Below, one piece after another: positions 8,840 through 18,700 of a stretch of 30,271 bases of DNA. Origin of the DNA: a virus (lineage: Duplodnaviria; Caudoviricetes); the IMG/VR virus record IMGVR_UViG_3300032233_001245, positions 1 to 30,271 of that record; one strand, written 5' to 3'. The notes beneath the pieces were generated by a model. It did no database searches and was not told the origin of the DNA. It saw only the letters and a list, made by a program, of their open reading frames with translations. The position numbers and the translations under genes are program-made. Numbering within the stretch: the stretch's first letter is position 1; each line of letters starts with the position of its first letter.

Positions 8840-9325
8840 ATGGCTGTAATTAGCACAAATGAAATAATGTTTACCGCTTTTGAACCAAAAGTTCAGAATC
8901 GTTTCATTATGTATATTGACGGTATCCCCGCATACTTAATTAAGAAAGCATCTGCTCCTGGATTTGAAGCTGGTGAAATTATCTTAGATCATATTAACGT
9001 TTACCGTAAAATTAAAGGCAAAGTTCGTTGGAACGATATGACTTTAGAATTATACGATCCCGTTACTCCATCTGGTGCTCAATCAGTAATGGAATGGGCT
9101 CGTTTGGCTCATGAATCAGTAACAGGCCGTGATGGTTATTCTGATTTTTACAAGAAAGACTTAACTTTAGATATCTTAGGTCCAGTAGGTGATGTAGTAG
9201 GTGAGTGGATTGTTAAAGGTGCTTATGTTAAAACAGCAACTTTTGGCGATTACGATTGGAGTTCAGATGCTGCAGTTAGTTTGTCAGTAACAATCGCTAT
9301 GGATTACTGCGTATTGAATTTCTAA
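8840..9325 (+). CDS. Tail tube protein (T4 gp19-like)
   Basis: 161 aa directly after the sheath; FEPKVQNRF, GKVRWNDMTL, YKKDLTL and W-x-VKGAYV motifs. Confidence 0.93.
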   Translation: MAVISTNEIMFTAFEPKVQNRFIMYIDGIPAYLIKKASAPGFEAGEIILDHINVYRKIKGKVRWNDMTLELYDPVTPSGAQSVMEWARLAHESVTGRDGYSDFYKKDLTLDILGPVGDVVGEWIVKGAYVKTATFGDYDWSSDAAVSLSVTIAMDYCVLNF

Positions 9326-9350
9326 GAATTATTTTAATATTTTAATTAAG

Positions 9351-9383
9351 GGGTATTTGCTTTTGGCAAATGCCCTTTTTTTT
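9351..9383 (+). terminator. Rho-independent terminator after the tail tube gene
   Basis: GGGTATTTGC-TTTTG-GCAAATGCCC followed by T8. Confidence 0.85.
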
Positions 9384-9395
9384 CGTATATTTATA
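9363..9395 (+). promoter_or_regulatory. Bacteroidota-type promoter (TTGG-N19-TATATTTA) nested in the terminator
   Basis: TTGG 9363-9366 lies at the hairpin loop; TATATTTA 9386-9393. Confidence 0.55.
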
Positions 9396-9418
9396 TATAT
9401 AAAATATAAAATAAGTTT

Positions 9419-10162
9419 ATGGCAGAATTAAAAATTCCAACAGAAGTAATTACATTACCATCAAAAGGTTTATTGTATCCGGAGACATCACCACTTGCTA
9501 AAGGTGAAATTGAAATGAAATATATGACGGCAAAAGAAGAAGATATTCTTACTAATGCTAATTTTATTCGTCAAGGTACTGTAATTGATAAATTATTACA
9601 AGCACTAATTGTAACACCAATTGATTACAATGAGTTACTAATTGGCGATAAAAATGCAATATTAGTTGCAGCTCGTGTTTTAGGATATGGTAAAGATTAT
9701 TCTTTTACATACAATAATAAAGAAGTATCCGTTGATTTATCAACATTAACAGATAAAGTAATTGATGAATCTTTATATACTCGTGGCTCAAACGAATTTT
9801 TATTTACATTACCCGCAACTGGTAACGAATTAACATTTAAATTATTAACCCACGGCGATGAACAAAAAATCGACGCTGAAATTAAAGGTTTACAAAAAAT
9901 AAATCCAAATACATCTACTGATGTTACTACACGTTTAAAACATATAATCACTTCAGTTGAAGGTAAGCGTGATCAAAAAGATATCCGTGATTTTGTTGAT
10001 AATTATTTAATTGCTAAGGATGCTAGAGCATTACGTGAATATTATGCTAAAATTCAGCCGGATGTTAATCTAGTTTACAAACCAGAAGATGATAGTTATG
10101 TAGGGGAGGGCATAGCTATCCCAATTTCTCTTAACTTTTTTTGGCCTGACTCCGGACTATAG
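9419..10162 (+). CDS. Tail/hub assembly chaperone (T4 gp26-like; lambda gpG position)
   Basis: LPSKGLLY...MTAKEEDIL...GDKNAIL pattern; lies between tube and tape measure; ends in NFFWP over a T7 run. Confidence 0.75.
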   Translation: MAELKIPTEVITLPSKGLLYPETSPLAKGEIEMKYMTAKEEDILTNANFIRQGTVIDKLLQALIVTPIDYNELLIGDKNAILVAARVLGYGKDYSFTYNNKEVSVDLSTLTDKVIDESLYTRGSNEFLFTLPATGNELTFKLLTHGDEQKIDAEIKGLQKINPNTSTDVTTRLKHIITSVEGKRDQKDIRDFVDNYLIAKDARALREYYAKIQPDVNLVYKPEDDSYVGEGIAIPISLNFFWPDSGL

Positions 10163-10412
10163 ATTAATATTATTTAATCAAATTCATGAAATTGTATTTC
10201 ATGGAAATGGTGGTTACGATTGGGATACTGTTTATAATATGCCTATTTGGTTGCGTTTATTCACGTTTAATAAAATGAAAGACCACTATAACAAACAAAA
10301 TGAGGAAAACGAAAAAGTAAATAACCAATTGCAAAATAAAGCAGCAAGCGTTGCAAAACCAAACATAAATCAACCACCTCCAACCTATAAAGTAAAGGCG
10401 CCTAAGAAATAG
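10140..10412 (+). CDS. Frameshifted C-terminal extension of the chaperone (gpT/gp51-like), absent from the ORF track
   Basis: The +1 frame is open from 10116 to TAG 10410-10412: FGLTPDYRLILFNQIHEIVFHGNGGYDWDTVYNMPIWLRLFTFNKMKDHYNKQNEE...KAPKK. It fills the gap before the tape measure gene. Confidence 0.75.
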   Translation, partial: FGLTPDYRLILFNQIHEIVFHGNGGYDWDTVYNMPIWLRLFTFNKMKDHYNKQNEENEKVNNQLQNKAASVAKPNINQPPPTYKVKAPKK

Positions 10413-10420
10413 GCGCTTTT
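10394..10420 (+). terminator. Terminator-like hairpin over the stop of the frameshifted extension
   Basis: AAAGGCGCCTA-AGAAA-TAGGCGCTTTT. Confidence 0.7.
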
Positions 10421-10448
10421 AATATTTATATGTAGTTAAATACTGTAT

Positions 10449-12749
10449 ATGGCACTAACTCCAGAACAAATAAAGCAATTACGAGATTATTATGCTGATC
10501 TTGAAATGGATACTTCTACTATAGAAAAAAATCTAGAAGAAGCTGCTAAAAATCAAAAATTTCTTACTGAGCAATCTAAACTTGCCGCTCAACATTTTGA
10601 TGAAGCTGCAATTTCTGCTGGTGGCATTGCATCTTCATTACAAGATGCTGTTCAAGAATTATCTAAAGGAAATTCATTTACTAAATCAGCATTAGGTAGT
10701 TTTAAATCTTTACAAAGTGTTGCATCTAAATTTAAATACGACATGTCTGGATACTCTACCATGTCTAAAAAAGAAATAGAACGCAATATTACTAAAATAC
10801 AACAAGAAAGAGATAATCTTAAATTACTTATAGCTAAAAAAAGAATTACAGGCGAAGCAGCTGCCGAAGCACAAAATGTAATTAATCAATCATATACACT
10901 AGAAGAAATAGCTAAAGAAAGACTAGCAGAAGAAATAAAGATTCAACGGCAAATGGGACTTACAGGAGCTATTGTTGATGGTGTTGTAGGTACTTTAAGT
11001 AAATTAGGAATTAGTAGTGTTTTCTTTGATGGTATAAAAGAAGATATGAGAGATGCTGCTAAAAGCGGTGGTTCTTTAAAAGCAATGTTTACTGGAATTG
11101 TAGGATTAGGTAAAGGCATAGCAGACGCTTTTACTGATCCTTTAACAATATTAACCTTCATTATTAATGCTGGTTTAAAAGCAGATAAACAAACAACCGA
11201 ATTAGCTAAATCTCTAGGTATAGGTAAAGATCAAGCAAATGGTTTACGTAATAACTTTGCTAAATACGCTACAAGTACAGGGGATGCTTTTATTACTACA
11301 TCTAAATTATTAGAAGCTCAAGGTGAATTAACTAATGAACTAGGAGTTGCAGTACAATATACAGGTAAGCAAACAGAAGATTTTACCCGCTTAACCAAAT
11401 TAATGGGATTATCAGCAAGTGAAGCTGGTAAATTAGCTCGTTTGTCTATTATTAGTGGTACTTCAATAGAAGCTACTACTAAATCTATTATTAAGGGTTC
11501 AGCTGCATCTCAAAGAGCTAATAAAATAGCTATTGATCAAAGAACTATATTAAAAGATGTAGCTAACCTAAGCGCAGGAATACTTGTTAAATTCCAAGGC
11601 AATCCAGAGGCATTAGGAGCTGCAGTCGTACAAGCAAGAGCATTAGGTCTAAATTTAGAGGAAGTAGATAAAATTGGTGAATCTCTTTTAAATTGGGAAT
11701 CATCAATTGAAAACGAATTAAAAGCTGAATTAATAACAGGTAAGCAACTTAACTTAGAAAGAGCAAGAGCTGCTGCCTTAACAGGTGATCAAGCTACGTT
11801 AATGCAAGAGGTAAGTTCACAAATGGGTAGTTTAGAAGACTTCCAAAATATGAACATTATAGCTCAAAAATCATTAGCTGAAGCTTTTGGATTAAGTAGA
11901 GATGAGGTAAGTAAAATGTTACTTGAGCAAGAAAAAGTTAATAAGTTAGGTGATGTATCTAAAATGACACTTGACCAACAATTAGAAGCACTAAAAGCTC
12001 AAGGTGAACCTTTAGATAGTGTATTATATAAACAAATCCAACAACAATCAGCTCAAGAGAAATTTAATAATGCTGTTGAAAAATTACAGGATATAATTGG
12101 TAATTTAGTAGCAGGACCTGTTGGACAATTAATTGATGCTTTTGCAAGCATACTTAGTAGTGCTACTGGCTTATACACTATTATTGGATTGATAGGTACA
12201 GTTAGCTTAGTAAAAATGATTGCTAGTTTAACTACGGCATTAGCACTTAAAAAATTATCAACTAGAGAAAGTATAAAAGGAGCAACAGCAGATGCTGCTG
12301 GAGCTGCTGGAAATGCTGCTGGTTCTGCAGCTAAAATTCCTGGTATTGGTTGGTTAATAGCCGGGGGCATTGCCGCTACTTTATTTGGAGCTTTAATAGG
12401 TTATTTAGCAGGAGCTAAAACAGGAGATGACGTTATATCCCCAGGTTATGGTAAACGAATGATGTTCGGTCCTGAAGGAGCAGTATCATTTAACGATAAA
12501 GATACTATTGTAGCAGGTACGGATCTAAATAAAGAAGGCATCCAAAATTCATCTGTTGCTGGAAATAGTATAGATATATCACCTTTAGTGTCCGCAATCA
12601 ACGAAGTAAGAAACGCAGTAAACGCGCTAGCTAATAAACCACAACCAGCAATGGCATTACACGTAGGTGCAGAAAAATTAGGTGAAGTCGTTGGAAGACA
12701 AGCAGAAACAGGTACTAATCAATATCAAAACGCATATAGACTAGCATAA
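10449..12749 (+). CDS. Tape measure protein
   Basis: 766-aa Ala/Leu/Gln-rich helical protein with hydrophobic segments (IPGIGWLIAGGIAATLFGALIGYL), in the canonical position after tube and chaperones. Confidence 0.85.
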   Translation: MALTPEQIKQLRDYYADLEMDTSTIEKNLEEAAKNQKFLTEQSKLAAQHFDEAAISAGGIASSLQDAVQELSKGNSFTKSALGSFKSLQSVASKFKYDMSGYSTMSKKEIERNITKIQQERDNLKLLIAKKRITGEAAAEAQNVINQSYTLEEIAKERLAEEIKIQRQMGLTGAIVDGVVGTLSKLGISSVFFDGIKEDMRDAAKSGGSLKAMFTGIVGLGKGIADAFTDPLTILTFIINAGLKADKQTTELAKSLGIGKDQANGLRNNFAKYATSTGDAFITTSKLLEAQGELTNELGVAVQYTGKQTEDFTRLTKLMGLSASEAGKLARLSIISGTSIEATTKSIIKGSAASQRANKIAIDQRTILKDVANLSAGILVKFQGNPEALGAAVVQARALGLNLEEVDKIGESLLNWESSIENELKAELITGKQLNLERARAAALTGDQATLMQEVSSQMGSLEDFQNMNIIAQKSLAEAFGLSRDEVSKMLLEQEKVNKLGDVSKMTLDQQLEALKAQGEPLDSVLYKQIQQQSAQEKFNNAVEKLQDIIGNLVAGPVGQLIDAFASILSSATGLYTIIGLIGTVSLVKMIASLTTALALKKLSTRESIKGATADAAGAAGNAAGSAAKIPGIGWLIAGGIAATLFGALIGYLAGAKTGDDVISPGYGKRMMFGPEGAVSFNDKDTIVAGTDLNKEGIQNSSVAGNSIDISPLVSAINEVRNAVNALANKPQPAMALHVGAEKLGEVVGRQAETGTNQYQNAYRLA

Positions 12750-12789
12750 CAATCAAATATTTATACGAAATAATTAAACATTAAAAAAC

Positions 12790-13185
12790 ATGGCATTACA
12801 AGACAAATTAGGAGACAGCAAATTAAGTCTAAAAGGTGCAGGAATAACTGAGCCAACCTTAAAAACCCCATCTTGGGGATATAAAGACCCAAAATTTGTA
12901 ATTGATACTAAAAACCCATTAAATCCACTAGATCCAATCCTTAGTTCATTACATAATACATATGATGTAGATTCTAAACCAGCAAATGTTACTATTGTAA
13001 ACTTCAATAAGACCGAATACAAATCAATAGTACCTACAGAATCTAAATTAGATGAATTAGAGACATCAGCATTAGCTCCTAAAAATTTACAAGTAGGAAC
13101 TGCAACATCTGTAGTATCTCAAATCTATAAATCTTCAACTGGACAAAAATATAGTAATAAAGGTCCAAAAGATGGTCGCTACTAA
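12790..13185 (+). CDS. Hypothetical protein, probably virion-associated
   Basis: ORF in the tail operon, preceded by the ATATTTATA motif at 12757. Confidence 0.65.
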   Translation: MALQDKLGDSKLSLKGAGITEPTLKTPSWGYKDPKFVIDTKNPLNPLDPILSSLHNTYDVDSKPANVTIVNFNKTEYKSIVPTESKLDELETSALAPKNLQVGTATSVVSQIYKSSTGQKYSNKGPKDGRY

Positions 13186-13195
13186 ATAATAATAG

Positions 13196-15367
13196 ATGCC
13201 GTTAATAAACCTACAAACAAACTTAAAATCACTTAAGTATGGTCAGGACCGTTTTAATGAGGGAAGCAGTGGCCAACCTTACATAACGAGCGATCCTGAT
13301 GGAGGTACCAACCTTTCTGTTGGTTCTGCTAATGTTCTTCGTTTATTGGGCGTTAATAAGATTCCATTAATCCCAAATGTATCTACCCAATTAAATAGAA
13401 GTAAAGCAGGAAGGTTTGTTAATCAAGTACTAGGAACAGATGATTTTATTAGAGGAGGTGCCATAGGAGCAGCACAAGCTGCTGTTAACGATACTTTTCG
13501 TATAGGAGCTTTTCTTACATCATTACCTAGAGGCCCTTTATTCATTGCAAAGCAAGTAGGATTACAACTATCAAACCCAAAATTAGAGGTTAAAAAAGGT
13601 GGAGCTGCTTTTGCAGGTGGTATTCTTAAGGCAATTTTCACTGCTAGCCCTGCTCAAGCATTAAGCTCAGTTACAGGTGGTCTTTTAAGCCCTACCAGAA
13701 TATATAATTTAGGCATCAATACCTTAGCCCAAGTTCCAGCAAACGCATTTGGTATTCATTTTAGTAGACATGGTTTATTACCTATACAAGATGAAGAAAC
13801 TAAATATGAAAAAGTAGTTGCTTATAATAACCAAGGTGATTCTTCTAACAACAGATTAGTAGAATTAAAAAAGAAATTTTCTCTTGGAGATTTTGCATTA
13901 GAAGCTACTGGTGATTATGATCAAGCAAGAAAAAATGTTAATGATCAAAATAAAGGTTTAAGAAAAGATTATAGAACTCAAAAGAAAAACTATAGACAAG
14001 ATGTAAGAGATCGTAAATCTCTTAATAAACAATTAGATAGTGCTGAAGCTGGTGGTGGTGAAGGAATTTCTCGTGCACCTATGCCTACTAAACCAGCAAA
14101 ACCAAAATATATAAAGTTTAAGCCTGCTGATCTTACTATTGATTCCTATTTAACAGGTCCTGGCTCAACATATGGTATTGGTAATACAATACTTAGAAGA
14201 TATACTTTTACAGAAGATCAGTTAAAAAATGATGAAGCTAAAGCAAATAGTAGATTGTATGCTGGTAGAACTAGAATTGATGGAAGTGCTATTGATTACT
14301 CTGAAGCTATAGGTAAGGATTCTAACAACTCAATACAAAACCATTCAGAAATAGGAGCTCCACTTAATTCAACACTTTCAAAAGTTGTAGCTCAAGGAAT
14401 AAATGCAAACTATGCTGAATTACAATCAAAAATAAAAACAACATTAACTCAATCTGGATCTTATACTGGCACTTACTCAACAGAAGATCGTAAAGGAAAC
14501 GGAACCATTTCAACAACAGATCCTCAAGTACTTAGAGAAGCATCAGCTTTTAGATATTATGGCACTGGTCAACCATCCGATTCAGGAAGTCGATTAACGT
14601 ATAATAATAGTGATGTATTTTCTAGAACAGATTCCGGTATAATGAGTGTAGTATTTAGATCAGTTAATCCATGGATTCAACCAACACCAAATCCAAATGA
14701 TGCTACTTTAAATCAAAATGAGCAAAGATGGATATTTAGCGCTTATATGTCTGGTTATAAAGATAATTTTGATGCTACCTGGAATGACGTTAATTATAAT
14801 GGTCGAGCAGAAAGTTTTTATATATATAATAAATTTAAACGTACAGTAAATTTTAATTTAAAAATACCTTGTTTTAATAAAGTTCAATTATTTGAAAAAC
14901 ATAGAGCTTTAGGCCAATTAGCCTCAGTTACTGCTGGTAGTTATGAGGGGGTCCTTATGGGTGGGGTAATGATTAAAGTAAATTTAGGTAATTATTTAGT
15001 TGGTGAATATGCTATTTTAAATAATGTAAGTTATAGTATTCCTGACGACGCTTCTTGGGATATAGCAGATGATGCTTTATTATCGATGTATATTGATGCT
15101 AGTTTTAGTTTAACAATAGTACATAAAGATTTACCACGCTACCAACAGGCAGATGCCAAATCAGGCTTCTTTGGATATCTACCAGATAGAGTAAAATCAA
15201 CAAATGGGCAAGGTGGGTTTATAGCACCAGGAAGTATAGTAAGTAAATTTACAAAAAATGAATACACTGTACCCGCACCACCTCCTCCTCCAAACCCACC
15301 AAACAATTCTTCCCAAACATCCGCCACAAATGTGCTTTATGGAGGAGAATATTTATATGATTTCTAA
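13196..15367 (+). CDS. Baseplate/tail-tube initiator-like protein
   Basis: C-terminal FSAYMSGYKDNFDATWNDVNYNGRAESFYIYNKFKRTVNFNL...LNNVSYSIPDDASWDI resembles tube-fold initiator domains; lies between the tape measure and LysM genes. Confidence 0.6.
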   Translation: MPLINLQTNLKSLKYGQDRFNEGSSGQPYITSDPDGGTNLSVGSANVLRLLGVNKIPLIPNVSTQLNRSKAGRFVNQVLGTDDFIRGGAIGAAQAAVNDTFRIGAFLTSLPRGPLFIAKQVGLQLSNPKLEVKKGGAAFAGGILKAIFTASPAQALSSVTGGLLSPTRIYNLGINTLAQVPANAFGIHFSRHGLLPIQDEETKYEKVVAYNNQGDSSNNRLVELKKKFSLGDFALEATGDYDQARKNVNDQNKGLRKDYRTQKKNYRQDVRDRKSLNKQLDSAEAGGGEGISRAPMPTKPAKPKYIKFKPADLTIDSYLTGPGSTYGIGNTILRRYTFTEDQLKNDEAKANSRLYAGRTRIDGSAIDYSEAIGKDSNNSIQNHSEIGAPLNSTLSKVVAQGINANYAELQSKIKTTLTQSGSYTGTYSTEDRKGNGTISTTDPQVLREASAFRYYGTGQPSDSGSRLTYNNSDVFSRTDSGIMSVVFRSVNPWIQPTPNPNDATLNQNEQRWIFSAYMSGYKDNFDATWNDVNYNGRAESFYIYNKFKRTVNFNLKIPCFNKVQLFEKHRALGQLASVTAGSYEGVLMGGVMIKVNLGNYLVGEYAILNNVSYSIPDDASWDIADDALLSMYIDASFSLTIVHKDLPRYQQADAKSGFFGYLPDRVKSTNGQGGFIAPGSIVSKFTKNEYTVPAPPPPPNPPNNSSQTSATNVLYGGEYLYDF

Positions 15368-15393
15368 TGATCCACGGATAAATAGATATAAAA

Positions 15394-15702
15394 ATGAATC
15401 GATATAACGACCCAACAATATTAAAAACAGAATATACGAATCGTCCGTATTTTAAAGGTAGATTTTACCCAAGTATTCCTTTGGCAGAGTCGGATGTGTA
15501 TGTTATTACTACAGTTGGAGATAGACTTGATAGTTTAGCTTTTTCTTATTATAATGATTCTACCTTATGGTGGGTTATATCTGCTGCTAACAACAATATT
15601 ACTAAAGGAGCATTATACCCAGAACCAGGTACTCAATTAAGAATACCAACCAATGTAAATTATGTTTTAGATTTATACGATAAATTTAATAAAGCTAGAT
15701 AA
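15394..15702 (+). CDS. LysM-domain baseplate wedge protein (gp53/gpX-like)
   Basis: VGDRLDSLAFSYYNDSTLWWVISAANN...PGTQLRIP. Confidence 0.88.
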   Translation: MNRYNDPTILKTEYTNRPYFKGRFYPSIPLAESDVYVITTVGDRLDSLAFSYYNDSTLWWVISAANNNITKGALYPEPGTQLRIPTNVNYVLDLYDKFNKAR

Positions 15703-15707
15703 ATGTT

Positions 15708-18700
15708 ATGTCAATATTCAGAAAATCTTTCTCAGATAAAATAAAAGAATCTTTAGAAGTTAGACAAACTTCTATGGTAACCCGTAATGTGGATTCCATT
15801 CAATATCTAAATTCACGTAATTCTTGGATACGAATGACATCTAGCGTTAATATTGGAAGTGCTACTGACAATACAATTGCACAGCAAAATGTTTTATTAG
15901 GGGGAGCATTAAATAATAATAAATCATTAAGAAAAGGAGTTGGAAATACAGGAAATGAAGCATATAGTAACAAAACTACATCTAATATTGATTATAGATT
16001 AGGTATCCGTCCGATGCCTGGTATTACATCAATAGATGTTAAATCAAAATCCGCATATGGCTCATTAAGAGAAGTAGTAGTACATTTTCAATGTTGGGAT
16101 ATTCATCAACTTGAAGAATTAGAACAACTTTACATGCGCCCTGGATATACAGTACTTGTAGAATGGGGATGGTTTCCCTATATACAAAAAGGCAAAAACG
16201 GAGCTGCAGAAATTGTAACAAAAGCTCCTGACTTTTATGATATTTTAGGTAAAAAAGCTACTGAATTATCTGTTATAGCAAAAGAATTATACAATAAAAG
16301 TCTTGCATCCGGAGGTAATTATGATGCAACTTTTGGGTATATTAAAAACTACCAATGGTCAGCTAGACCAGATGGAGGTTACGATTGTCAAACAACAATT
16401 ATATCAACAGGTGAGATTATTGAATCGTTAAAGGTAAATTATGTAAGACCCGACTTGATGGATTATAAAATGTATGATAAAACATCTTTAAGCGGAGATG
16501 GATATTTAAATCCAGAATTTTCAGTTCAAGGCAATATTCCATCAATTGATTTTATTGATTCATATGAAAAAAATACTTTAGCTGGTATTTGGACTGAATT
16601 ATATTATAAAATGATATACCCAGGAACAACATTTGCTAATGGAGGTATTTTTGATACAATAGCTACAAGTAGAGGAGTAAATCGTAATGATTTATATTAC
16701 ATGTCTAAAAATTTACAATTTAATAATGTTACTAATAATACTGTTAGTGTAGGATCTAAACAAAAATTAGGTAATTATCAGGTATGGATAACACTAGACG
16801 TTATTTTAGAATTTATAAATAAGTATGTTACTGCTAAATCAAGCGGAGGAGAACCATTAATAAAATTATCTTTAACTACTAGTAACATAACAAATACAAA
16901 AAGCGAAGAATTACTATGTTTAGCTCATCCTCTTCAAGTATCTGTTGACCCCACAGTATGTTTAATTAAAAGTCCATTGTGGTATGAAGATAGCAATGCA
17001 CAAAATATTATTGTTAATGCTGGGGCAAATACTAATGTACAAGCATTAGTAACAGAAGCACAATCTATAGTTGCAGCATTAGATGCAGCCTCCGGCGCCG
17101 CTAGTACAGATGAACAAGGTATTGCTAACGCCGTAGCTAGAATTACTAGTGAAACTTTATATGATTTAGTAAATACAGAATTAAGTGTTGTAAAACCACA
17201 AGGAAAAACAAACCTACAAGATTTACTTAATGACCAGTTTGATCCACAAGATTATACAGAAGCAAATAGTTGTGTAGCCTCTTTAATTAGACCAACTCCT
17301 AATGGTCCTGGATTAACATCATCTTTCAGATATTACACTAGTTCAAATAACAAAGCAGGTACTACTATATATTATTTCGAAAAAAATTCAATTACAATTG
17401 CTAAATCTGCAACTCAAACTCAAACAAATGCAACAGCAGCCGCTCAAATTGCAGCTGGTTTACCAAATGCTTTTAAAGCCGCTGCTACCCTTAGCGGTAT
17501 TCCTTTAAATTATTTTTATAATAATAAATCAGATTCGGAATTAGGAATTATAAGAAATATATATGTTAATTTAGATTTTCTTTATAAAACAGCTATTGAC
17601 TCAAATATTGAATCACAAGATCATAAAGAAAAAAATGAAATTAGTCTATACAAATATGTAAAAAGTATAATGACTGCTATTAATTCTTCTTTAGGAAGTA
17701 TGAATAATTTTGAAGTACATGTTGATCCTATTGATAATAATGTTGCTAGAATAATAGATATTAACTATACATCACCTGATAAACCAACAAATTTATTTGA
17801 ATTACAAGTACATAATTTAAATTCAGTAGTACGAAATTACTCTTTACAATCTCAAATATTTCCAGAACAATCAGCAATGGTTGCTATTGGTTCTCAAGTT
17901 AAAGGAGGTCAATTAGGTGTTCAAAATAATACCATGATTGATTTTAATAAGGGTTTAGTAGATAGAATTATACCTACAAAAGAATTTCCTCAAAATAATA
18001 GTTCATACAATGCAAATAAAAATATTGTTGGGGCTAGCTTAGCTAATATCATATTACTATTTTCTACATTTGAAGCCGGTGGTACTACTACAACCGATAT
18101 AGGTTCTATATACGCACAAGCAAAAAGTTCTTTAAGAGATATAATAGTATATTTTCAAAATATTGTTAAATCATCTAGTTCTAATAGAAGTATTATTCCT
18201 ATTAAATTTTCATTTGAAATGGATGGTATTGGTGGTTTAGTAATAGGACATTTATTTAAAATAAATAAAGATATATTACCTAATGGATATTATAAAGCAA
18301 ACTTAGCCCAAACTGTAACTGGTATATCTCATACTGTTGGCAATAGTGATTGGACAACTAAAATAGATGCTTTGAATATTATTCTAGATGACCCAGCTAC
18401 TAAACCTACATTTAGTGCAAATGTAGATATTACATCAATAGTAAAAGATGCTTTAGATGCTTTAGTAGCAGGAGTTACTTCAAATAATAGTAGTGGTAAT
18501 AGTGGTGGTGGTAATAGTGGTGGTGGAAACAATAATTTAAAAGTACATTCTTCGGGTACTCGTAAAATAGATGATGTATACCAAATAATTCTTCATAATA
18601 CAAATGGATATCTGGATGCTAATGGAGAATTAGCTGGATTTATTAGTGGTCAATATACGGCTACTCATTATATTGTAGATAGAGGTGGTAATATTGTTAA

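Noticed and set aside
10103-10110. SD-like GGGGAGGG as a frameshift stimulator
   Set aside because: It lies about 25 nt upstream of the T run, too far for known SD stimulation, and is explained by the Val-Gly-Glu-Gly codons.
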